Positions 50,055 through 58,155 of a stretch of DNA of 64,000 nucleotides are shown here, piece after piece (the stretch's first letter is position 1; each line of letters opens with the position of its first letter). The position numbers and the translations under genes were made by a program. A model generated the notes under the pieces. It made no database searches. It was not told the origin of the DNA and was given only the letters and a program-made list of their open reading frames with translations. The DNA comes from Thiomargarita sp. GTDB taxonomy: Bacteria; Pseudomonadota; Gammaproteobacteria; Beggiatoales; Beggiatoaceae. The stretch lies in assembly GCA_020721045.1 (NCBI GenBank), contig DYNN01000002.1, forward strand, positions 15,567 to 79,566, in the 5' to 3' direction.

Positions 50055-52868
50055 ATGGCTTGGAGTTTTCCTAGTCTTTCGCGCCGCTCTTTTTTAAAAG
50101 CTTCAGGCTATGGAGGAGCTGCGCTTTCTTTGTTGCAACCACTGGGTTTTGTGGGGAAAGCAACAGCTGATGCTACCTCAGGAGAAGGCAAAGAAGATAT
50201 TAGTTACACAATTTGTAACTTTTGCTCATCTTTGTGTAATGTAAAAGTAACTTCCCGTACCACAAATGGTGTTAAACGAGTTGTTAAGTTAGATGGAAAT
50301 CCTAATTCTACCTTAAATCGCGGTAAAATGTGCGCACGGGGTCAAGCAGGCTTACGTCAAACTTACGATTCCGATCGATTCAAAAAACCCATGATCCGAG
50401 TTGAAGGCACCAAGCGCGGTGAAATGGAGTTTCGTGCTGTTGAATGGGACGAAGCATGGAAATATATTGAAGATCGCATGAAAGCTGCCAAGATTCAGCC
50501 TTGGGAATGGACGATGATTGGGGGCTGGACATCTTGTGTATTTTACATGAATTGGTCTGTTCCTTTTGCATTGACTAGTGGTATTCCTAATATTGTTGCT
50601 TCTCCGATGCAACACTGTGTAACAACAGGACATTTAGGGACTGATTCCGTTACCGGTAACTTTAATATTCACGATGAAATTTTACCAGACTACGATAATG
50701 CAAAATACATTATTTATGTTGGTAATAATTCCTCTATTGGTGCTGTATCGACCTGTCGGGTAGTCCGTTTTGCGCAAGGACGTAAAAATGGTGCTAAAGT
50801 TGTTGTTTTAGACCCACGCTTATCAGAAACCGGTGCTAAAGCTGATGAATGGATACCAATTCGTCCGGGTACTGACTTAGATTTCTGTTTGGCTATGTTG
50901 AGAGAAATGCTCAACAAAAAATTGTATGATGCTGATTTCCTCAGAACGCATACCAATATGCCATTTTTGACCTATAAAGACGATAATAATCAATGGCAAT
51001 TAGTCAAAGATGTTGAAGGTCATCCAATGGTGTTGCGTGCTAATACTTCTGAAATTCACGTATTACCTGCTTACAGCAATGAAAATTTAACTGATGTTGC
51101 TGGCAATACTTTCTATCCCGCGTTGTACGCGCCTATACCTCAAGGTGTTCTTGTCCCAGAAAATGCAGTAGCGGGCGTAGGTAAACCAGCTTTTACTGTT
51201 TTACAAGCACAATTGGCTGAAATTGCCCAATGTACTCCTGAATGGGCTGAAAAAACAACTGGTATTCCCGCAGAAACCATTCGTCGTATTGCGCATGAAT
51301 TTGGTAGCAGTCGTCCTGCTTTAATCGATCCAGGTTGGCATGGTGCACGTTATGGCAATATTATGATGACGCGTCGCGTACAAGCTATGATTCAAGCCCT
51401 AAATGGTGGGATTGATAAAGAAGGCGGTTGGGTTATGAGCGGTGAATTCCATCATAAAGCGTTAAAGCAGCATGAAGCCAAGTTGGCGGGTAAAGATTTA
51501 GGTTCTCCTTTAGCTAACAAAGCTGGCATGGACTTCGCGATGGTGGTTGTGGGTGCATTTTCTGATCCTAATAATTTTGCACATGGGCATCCGGGTTGGG
51601 CATGGGCTTATTCTCAACAACAAAAAGCTGAAGGTAAACAAGGTATTGCTTTACCGGTTCTTGCTGATGAAGGATTAAAAGAATCCGTTGAAGGTAAGGT
51701 CAAGTGGAAAGGTGAACCCTATTTAACACGCGCTTTGTTTGTGAATGCAGCCAATCCTGTACGTCATTATTATCCTGATACTTATTGGAAGGAAATGATG
51801 CAACACGAGAATATGGAGCTTATTGTTGCATTGGATGTATTGCCTTCTGATACTACGCCTTATGTTGATGTGATTTTACCCAGTAGTACTTACCTTGAAC
51901 GTGATGAACCTAATATTTATGGTAATGGGGTTAATCAAGATTTAGCCATGACAACTCGTTACGCTGCGATTGATCCGCTTTATGATTCTTGGGAAGCACC
52001 TGATGTTTTGTTGAAATTGACTGAATTAATTCATGGTAAAGAGAATGCGATTGAAGATTTGACTAAACATATGGAAGGTCTTACTGGAATGCCAGCGCAA
52101 GCAATGGTAGCAGTTCATAAAGAATTGAAAGAAGCGGGTAAAGCCAGTCCTTTCAGTGCGGCTTGTCGTAAGGTAGCTATCGCGGAAGCGGCTAAGCGTG
52201 TTCATGTTTCTCCTGAAGAATTTGATAAAACTTTACGTGAAAAAGGTGTCTATCACGAAGAAAATTGGCGCGATTTGTTAGAACATGCGGCAGTTCCTCA
52301 TGTGATTCCTGCGGTGACTGCCAGTGGTCGTATTGAGTTTTTCAGTAGTTTATTTGATATGTTGCGTGGACAAGGTAATATTGGTCCTCATTTCAGTGTG
52401 TTGGCAACTCATATCCCATCTGAATGTCGTCAAGGTCAAACGATGGATCAGCCTCTTAATGAAGATGAGTTTTACTTTGCCTATGGTAAGGTGCCGACTG
52501 TTTCTTATGGTTCAACCAATAGCAATAATCCTGTTTTGGCTGCAATTAATACGTTGAAGAAAGACATTTATATGGGCGTGTGGATGCATCCGGATCGTGC
52601 TGCAAAATTGGGTATTAAAACCGGTGATAAAATTCATTTAACCAATACTTTGTCTAATCAAGAAGCAGATGGACACGCTTACGTGACTCGCAAAGTGCGT
52701 CCTGATACCCTCTTTTTGCATTCTGCATTTGGGGTTGAAAATAAACAACTGACTCGCAGCTATGCCATGGGCGGTACTGCAACTAATAAGCTAATTCCTC
52801 ATACCGTAGAACCCGTTGTCGCTGGTTTTCGTTCGCAGGAATTTACTCTTCGTGTTAAAAAAGCATAA
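50055..52868 (+). CDS. Tat-exported molybdopterin (bis-PGD) oxidoreductase catalytic subunit, Psr/Phs/Arr/Arx/Ttr-type; subfamily unresolved
   Basis: RBS AGGAGG at 50042-50047. Twin-arginine signal LSRRSFLKASG...ATADA. FS0 cluster motif CNFCSSLC-x31-CARG. 937 aa with molybdopterin-oxidoreductase-like sequence throughout. Confidence 0.85.
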   Translation: MAWSFPSLSRRSFLKASGYGGAALSLLQPLGFVGKATADATSGEGKEDISYTICNFCSSLCNVKVTSRTTNGVKRVVKLDGNPNSTLNRGKMCARGQAGLRQTYDSDRFKKPMIRVEGTKRGEMEFRAVEWDEAWKYIEDRMKAAKIQPWEWTMIGGWTSCVFYMNWSVPFALTSGIPNIVASPMQHCVTTGHLGTDSVTGNFNIHDEILPDYDNAKYIIYVGNNSSIGAVSTCRVVRFAQGRKNGAKVVVLDPRLSETGAKADEWIPIRPGTDLDFCLAMLREMLNKKLYDADFLRTHTNMPFLTYKDDNNQWQLVKDVEGHPMVLRANTSEIHVLPAYSNENLTDVAGNTFYPALYAPIPQGVLVPENAVAGVGKPAFTVLQAQLAEIAQCTPEWAEKTTGIPAETIRRIAHEFGSSRPALIDPGWHGARYGNIMMTRRVQAMIQALNGGIDKEGGWVMSGEFHHKALKQHEAKLAGKDLGSPLANKAGMDFAMVVVGAFSDPNNFAHGHPGWAWAYSQQQKAEGKQGIALPVLADEGLKESVEGKVKWKGEPYLTRALFVNAANPVRHYYPDTYWKEMMQHENMELIVALDVLPSDTTPYVDVILPSSTYLERDEPNIYGNGVNQDLAMTTRYAAIDPLYDSWEAPDVLLKLTELIHGKENAIEDLTKHMEGLTGMPAQAMVAVHKELKEAGKASPFSAACRKVAIAEAAKRVHVSPEEFDKTLREKGVYHEENWRDLLEHAAVPHVIPAVTASGRIEFFSSLFDMLRGQGNIGPHFSVLATHIPSECRQGQTMDQPLNEDEFYFAYGKVPTVSYGSTNSNNPVLAAINTLKKDIYMGVWMHPDRAAKLGIKTGDKIHLTNTLSNQEADGHAYVTRKVRPDTLFLHSAFGVENKQLTRSYAMGGTATNKLIPHTVEPVVAGFRSQEFTLRVKKA

Positions 52869-52892
52869 GCGCAGTTTTATAGGGGAAAATTA

Positions 52893-53519
52893 ATGACAAC
52901 TCCACATTATGCGATGGTGATTGATTTAAATACTTGTGTTGGTTGCAATGCATGTATGGCAGCTTGTTCCATGGAAAACCAAACACCGGTTTGGGACAAT
53001 AAATGGCGTACTTATGTTCATGATATGGAAATAGGTGCAGGTACTGAAAATGAAGTAAAACGACGTTTCTTTCCACGTTTGTGTAATCATTGCGATAATC
53101 CACCTTGCATGAGTGTGTGCCCAACAGGGGCTACTTACAAGCTGGATAATGGTATCGTGTTGGTTAATGATGAAATGTGCATGGGATGTCGTGCTTGTGC
53201 TATGGCTTGTCCTTATGATGCACGCTATGATGTGACTTATGATGATCTGGATAAAGGTACTGAATTCTACGGAGAACTACACTTCCGCACCTCACCCAGT
53301 GTCGATAAATGCTCGTTTTGTGCGCACCGCGTGATGAAAGGGCTTAAACCCGCTTGTGTGGAAACCTGCGTAGGTTCTGCACGTTTGTTTGGTGACATGA
53401 ACGATCCTAAAGATGAAGTAGCTAAGATTGTTGCCAGTGGTGTGGCAAAACCATTGATGGCGCATTTAGGTACTCGACCCAATGTCTATTACATCAGCGA
53501 TTTAGAGAGGAACGTCTAA
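52893..53519 (+). CDS. 4Fe-4S ferredoxin-type electron-transfer subunit (PsrB/DmsB-like)
   Basis: Four Cys groups: CVGCNACMAAC, CNHCDNPPCMSVCP, CMGCRACAMACP and CSFCAHR...PACVETC. No signal peptide of its own. Confidence 0.9.
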   Translation: MTTPHYAMVIDLNTCVGCNACMAACSMENQTPVWDNKWRTYVHDMEIGAGTENEVKRRFFPRLCNHCDNPPCMSVCPTGATYKLDNGIVLVNDEMCMGCRACAMACPYDARYDVTYDDLDKGTEFYGELHFRTSPSVDKCSFCAHRVMKGLKPACVETCVGSARLFGDMNDPKDEVAKIVASGVAKPLMAHLGTRPNVYYISDLERNV

Positions 53520-54523
53520 TGGAAGGTATGTTTTATTCAACCCAAGAATTATGGACTTGGTGGATCGCTATTTATCTGTTTTTAGGCGGTTTAGGGGGTG
53601 CTTTAGTCGTTGTCAGTGGACTCACCAATATGTATGTGAAAGAACATAAGGAACTGGTCTTATGGGCTAATATTTCTTCTTTGATCATGTTGAGCGTTGG
53701 ATCGTTTATGCTATTTTTGCATTTACTACATCATATTGCAGTTATCAATGTGTTGAATCCAATGGTACTCATTAATAAACCTGATGCTTGGATTAGCTGG
53801 GGTACACAATTCATTGTATGGATGATGGTATGGAGTTTTGTCTACACTTATCCCTACTTAGTTGACAGTAAATTCTGGCGTGGCATACCTATTATTGGTG
53901 GATTGATTGGTTTATTTGGCTGGGTTGGTAATTTATCCTTGAGATTTCATAAACTAATCGGTTGGTTAGCAGTCATCAATGGGATTGGTACCGTACTTTA
54001 TACAGGTTTGTTGCTGCAATCTTTTCCAGCGGTTGCTTTGTGGCATAATCCGGGCGTACCCTTGTTATTTATCGTATCCGCATTTTCCACCGCGATGGCG
54101 TTCTTGTTAATTGCTTTGTATGTATTTATCAAGAATCCAGAAGATCATGGTTTGAAAGTTCTGTTTGAACGCTCTGACGTTATTTTAATTGGGATTGAAT
54201 TACTGATTATTTTTGTGTTCTTCCAATTTACCACTTACGGACTCGAATCTGCCCGTTACACTGCAAAGATATTATGGAATGATATGGGTTGGATTATTGG
54301 TTTTGTGGGTTTTGGTTTGTTAATTCCTTTCATTATTGAATTTAGAGGAGTAACCAAAGGTTGGAAAGGTAGCGCGCCGATTGTCTTAGCTGCAATACTT
54401 GTACTTTCAGGTGGTTATTTACTACGCCACTACTTCATGTATGCTGGTGTATACGAACGTCCTTATCCAGCAATTAATAGTACCCATCATCTACAAATGG
54501 ATGGCTCAGTGCAAACACAATAA
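53519..54523 (+). CDS. NrfD/PsrC-like integral-membrane quinone-interacting subunit
   Basis: 334 aa, about 8 predicted TM helices. Its start overlaps the B-subunit stop (TAATG). Confidence 0.85.
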   Translation: MEGMFYSTQELWTWWIAIYLFLGGLGGALVVVSGLTNMYVKEHKELVLWANISSLIMLSVGSFMLFLHLLHHIAVINVLNPMVLINKPDAWISWGTQFIVWMMVWSFVYTYPYLVDSKFWRGIPIIGGLIGLFGWVGNLSLRFHKLIGWLAVINGIGTVLYTGLLLQSFPAVALWHNPGVPLLFIVSAFSTAMAFLLIALYVFIKNPEDHGLKVLFERSDVILIGIELLIIFVFFQFTTYGLESARYTAKILWNDMGWIIGFVGFGLLIPFIIEFRGVTKGWKGSAPIVLAAILVLSGGYLLRHYFMYAGVYERPYPAINSTHHLQMDGSVQTQ

Positions 54524-54568
54524 TAGTTTTAGATAAAAGTTAATACTGTTATTTTTCGACTTTTTCAG

Positions 54569-54608
54569 GAACTGGTAATTTTTATCGATTGCCAGTTCTA
54601 ATTTTTTG
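54569..54608 (+). terminator. hairpin plus T-run between the molybdoenzyme C subunit and the torD-like gene (possible attenuating terminator)
   Basis: GAACTGG (54569-54575) pairs with CCAGTTC (54592-54598), followed by TAATTTTTTG. Confidence 0.45.
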
Positions 54609-54619
54609 CCTCTAATCAA

Positions 54620-55153
54620 ATGAATAGCATGTTACCTGATAACATCATCCCCCAACAACTTTCTTTATTCGCCGGCTTGCTTGCGGCACCAGGTCTTGAT
54701 AGTTTAGCCATTATAGAAGAACTCGCCCAAACCAACCCTTGGTTACAAGATGTCCCTGAAGAACTTGTTCAATGGGGATTACCGCGTTGGCAAGGAGAAC
54801 ATACTCGCTTATTTATTAATGGACACCCTAAAACTGTATGTCCTCCATTTGAATCGTCTTATATACATGGACAACAAAATGGGAAAGCTTGTAGTGATAT
54901 TTTGGCTTTTTATTATCAAATTGGTTTGCAACCCGTTGAAGGTGTGTTTCCTGATTATTTAGGCACATTATTGGAATGCGCTGCTTATTTAGCCCAACAA
55001 CAACCCGTTGATAGCGCATCGTGGGAAATATTGTGGCAGCAACACTTAGTACGTTGGGTACCACGATTTGCCCGTGATTTAGAAACACACAGTCGATTAC
55101 GTTTGTATCAACAATTAGGCAAACAATTACAGGAGCTTTTCCCCAGTGTCTAA
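54620..55153 (+). CDS. TorD/DmsD/NarJ-family redox-enzyme maturation chaperone
   Basis: EHTRLFINGHP..CPPFESSY, ILAFYYQIGL and FPDYLGTLLECAAYL follow the TorD-family pattern. 177 aa. Confidence 0.75.
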   Translation: MNSMLPDNIIPQQLSLFAGLLAAPGLDSLAIIEELAQTNPWLQDVPEELVQWGLPRWQGEHTRLFINGHPKTVCPPFESSYIHGQQNGKACSDILAFYYQIGLQPVEGVFPDYLGTLLECAAYLAQQQPVDSASWEILWQQHLVRWVPRFARDLETHSRLRLYQQLGKQLQELFPSV

Positions 55154-55697
55154 TTGGCAATTGATTGAAACTAATGAAGAAGAATTGATTTCTACGGTAA
55201 TTGAAACATTTACCCAACTTTATCAAAATTACTTTATTCACGAGGAATTAGTAAACCATAATTTGCCCATTGAAATTCGCGCGTTTCGTCAAATGGATAA
55301 CTGGTTTATTTTTTTATTATTAACCCCTTGGACATTAGCTAGACTTTTTATTCCTAATCAAGACCCGAATATTGAAATTCCGACAGGTTGGACTGCACAA
55401 GAACGTGTAAATATGCCGATAATAGTGATTGGACCGGCGGTTTTTTTATCTATTTTAGGTGGCAAAGAACGTGCACATTTAAATTATACGCCGCGATTAG
55501 GTCACTACTTAATTCAGCCTCTCATTCAATCTATGGCAGAATTTAACCAACCAGATGAGGCGTTTGCTGCTTGGAATGCGGTGATTACGACTCGTAACAA
55601 AGTGATTGAAGAACAAAAGAAAAAATGTGAATGGCAGCAAGAAGTGTCACGGCGAGAATTTTTTGCTAAATTGCGTCGTCGCTCAGAATTAAAATAA
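55146..55697 (+). CDS. HybE-like ([NiFe]-hydrogenase Tat-proofreading chaperone family) protein
   Basis: The GTG start lies 10 nt after AGGAG and overlaps the torD-like stop by 8 nt. LPIEIRAF..WFIFLLLTPWTLARLFIP and the C-terminal SRREFFAKLRRRS parallel E. coli HybE (..VITPWMLSAVIFP.., ..GRRALLFGRRS). The E. coli sequence is recalled from memory. Confidence 0.6.
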   Translation: MSNWQLIETNEEELISTVIETFTQLYQNYFIHEELVNHNLPIEIRAFRQMDNWFIFLLLTPWTLARLFIPNQDPNIEIPTGWTAQERVNMPIIVIGPAVFLSILGGKERAHLNYTPRLGHYLIQPLIQSMAEFNQPDEAFAAWNAVITTRNKVIEEQKKKCEWQQEVSRREFFAKLRRRSELK

Positions 55698-55699
55698 TC

Positions 55700-56170
55700 A
55701 TGGATATCAAAATACCACAAATTTATGTTTTATTAGTATTTGATGGTTTACATATGCTAGTCCCACAGCATGAAGTGCAATCTGTTGAAATTATTGCAGA
55801 TGTACATATAACTTCAATGTATACTGGTGCTGTGGGTTGGTTTGCGCATGGGCATGGACAAGAATCTCCAGTGTATTGTTTATCAGAAGAAATGACGTTA
55901 TTACTTGATTTACCTAAGAATCGAGAATTTTTTATTTTACTCAAATCCTCAGATGCAATAATCATTGGGCTTGCCTGTGATGAAGTAGAAACATTACATG
56001 CTAAAAATGATCATCTTTATTTGCAAGATTTACCTATTGTAATGAAATTACCTGGCTCACCTATCAGCCGATTGGTACGTTATCAGGATAAAATTGGTTG
56101 TATTTGTGAAGGTGAAGTGCTGCGAAAATATATTCTAAATTTATCGGAAACTTTTGTTAAAGGGCAATAA
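55700..56170 (+). CDS. CheW-like single-domain protein
   Basis: 156 aa. VLLVFDGLHMLVPQHEVQSVEII ... ESPVYCLSE ... FFILLKSSDAIIIGLACDEVETL ... follows the CheW two-beta-barrel pattern. It starts 2 nt after the previous stop. Confidence 0.55.
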   Translation: MDIKIPQIYVLLVFDGLHMLVPQHEVQSVEIIADVHITSMYTGAVGWFAHGHGQESPVYCLSEEMTLLLDLPKNREFFILLKSSDAIIIGLACDEVETLHAKNDHLYLQDLPIVMKLPGSPISRLVRYQDKIGCICEGEVLRKYILNLSETFVKGQ

Positions 56171-56193
56171 ATTGCAATAAAACACCTTATAAT

Positions 56194-57705
56194 ATGAAAA
56201 AAATAATTTGGTTAGTCATTTTTATTGTTTATTCGCCCTATATTTATGCAGTACATACATTAATATTTTTATCAGATACAACCACTTCTGATGAAATTAA
56301 TCAATTAGTTACACAAGCCCCGCTGGTTTGTGATTTACGTCCACTACCTTGGTTAGTACTAGAAACTCCTGATATTGAATCACTGTTTACGACCACCCGC
56401 GGTATTCGTAAGCGTTGGTCTGCGCAAGAAAATATCACGGGTTATTTCGCCGCGACTCCAAATGATCCTTTATATTCAAAACAATGGCATTTAGCAAATA
56501 TTGGCATTCCAGAATTATGGCAATTAACCCAAGGTGATGGTGTGGCAATTGCCTTGTTAGATAGTGGTGTTGATCCAGATCATCCTGATTTAAAAGGACA
56601 AATATCATTCGATGAAGGGTATGATTTTGGTGATAATGATGCTTATCCTTATGATAATAATGGACATGGGTCAGCGATGGCAGGATTGATGGTTGCTCGT
56701 TGCTATAATCAACAAGGCGGGTGTGGTGTTGCCCCACAAGCTTCAATCATTCCTTATAAAATAAGTGGTTACGAAGCCAATAAATTTTTAGCCGCCGATC
56801 TTGCCTGTGCGATTAAAGCTGCAGCAGACAGTTATGCTAAAATTCTTTCACTGAGTTTAGTGTTAGAAACAGCCAGTCAAGCAGTCACTGATACCTTAGT
56901 CTATGCAAAAATGAAAGATAAAACCATTGTAGCTGCTGCGGGTAATGAGGGAAAATCAGTGGCATTTCCTGCCTATTTACCTTGGGTAATCAGTGTGGCA
57001 GCCAGTGATAAAACCGGAGAGCGTTTACCATTTAGCAACTACGGTGATGCGCTATTTATCACTGCCCCGGGTATTGATTTACAAACAACGTTAGTTGGCA
57101 CAGATTATACAACACAATACACTGGAACATCGGCTGCAGCAGCTTTAGTCAGTGGAACATTAGCATTATTGAGCGCACAATATCCCACATTGACAGCCCA
57201 AGAATTGATAACACTTTTATTGACATCCAGTAAATACGAAAAATATCAAGGATTTAACAAAGAATACGGCTTTGGATATTTGCATACACCTATCCCAGAT
57301 GATCATAATGAACTGCAATTTTACCCGACAACAACGAATGTCTATCGAATCGGAGACACCGTATCATTGGAATTATTAATTACCCAAATAGCGAAACAAG
57401 AAGGTGATCTTTATTTACATCTCAATGTTCCGATTAATAATCAAGGCAATAGAACTGGTTTTTTTAAAGTATGGCACAGTATCGACACTATTGCTCCAAT
57501 CCCTTATAATTACCTCTTCATGAGCCCTTATTTTTTTGATAATGATGTCTTTTTACCGCTGTACGGTTCATCTTTTGCATTACTGGGTGATGGCAAGATA
57601 GACAAAACTCTACATTTAGGTGTTTATGAATTATCCGCACAACTGGTCATGTTAAATGGTATTCAAAGGCAAACACGTAAAATTGTTTGGCTAGAAACAC
57701 AATAA
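56194..57705 (+). CDS. secreted subtilisin-like serine protease (peptidase S8) with C-terminal beta-rich domain
   Basis: Signal peptide MKKIIWLVIFIVYSPYIYA. Catalytic motifs ALLDSGVD (Asp), NGHGSAMAG (His) and GTSAAAALVSG (Ser). Confidence 0.85.
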   Translation: MKKIIWLVIFIVYSPYIYAVHTLIFLSDTTTSDEINQLVTQAPLVCDLRPLPWLVLETPDIESLFTTTRGIRKRWSAQENITGYFAATPNDPLYSKQWHLANIGIPELWQLTQGDGVAIALLDSGVDPDHPDLKGQISFDEGYDFGDNDAYPYDNNGHGSAMAGLMVARCYNQQGGCGVAPQASIIPYKISGYEANKFLAADLACAIKAAADSYAKILSLSLVLETASQAVTDTLVYAKMKDKTIVAAAGNEGKSVAFPAYLPWVISVAASDKTGERLPFSNYGDALFITAPGIDLQTTLVGTDYTTQYTGTSAAAALVSGTLALLSAQYPTLTAQELITLLLTSSKYEKYQGFNKEYGFGYLHTPIPDDHNELQFYPTTTNVYRIGDTVSLELLITQIAKQEGDLYLHLNVPINNQGNRTGFFKVWHSIDTIAPIPYNYLFMSPYFFDNDVFLPLYGSSFALLGDGKIDKTLHLGVYELSAQLVMLNGIQRQTRKIVWLETQ

Positions 57706-57953
57706 ACTGTCTTTTTGTTGTAAATTAGAGTAAAAAACACCTAAGTGATGCAAAAAACTACATTTGCACATGAAGCCTCAATTGACGCACTTTTTAAAGG
57801 ATAGTTAATTTTGTGAAAAAATTATAAGAAACTTAAATATGCGCATAAATACTATCTTTTTATAAAAAATGAACTTATAATCAATTTATTAAGCAAAATA
57901 TTTTCGTGATATCCAACGGTGAAAATAAAAAAATTACCAAAAGGCTTGCAATA

Positions 57954-57981
57954 TTGATTGCTTCTGTGCAATATTTATAGT
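57954..57981 (+). promoter_or_regulatory. candidate sigma-70 promoter of the large surface-protein gene
   Basis: TTGATT (57954-57959), a 16-nt spacer, then TATAGT (57976-57981). This would give a ~170-nt leader. Confidence 0.35.
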
Positions 57982-58155
57982 ATGTGTTTGGACAGGTGGA
58001 CTTTAGATAAGTTAGTACATAAAGGTTTTGAGATTCAACAAAAAGCTTAACTATGATATACTTTTTTATGAAATGCTGCTTGTCAAATCGGTAAAGCGTC
58101 TGAGAATTAGTTAAGATGGTTGCTGATCAATTTAAATTTTTTGGAGATTGTTAAT

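Noticed and set aside
50055-54523. Assigning the ABC genes to SoeABC, the cytoplasmic sulfite dehydrogenase of sulfur oxidisers. The A-subunit size is similar.
   Set aside because: The A subunit has an unmistakable twin-arginine export signal (SRRSFLK), whereas SoeA is described as signal-less and cytoplasm-facing. The assignment is therefore left open.
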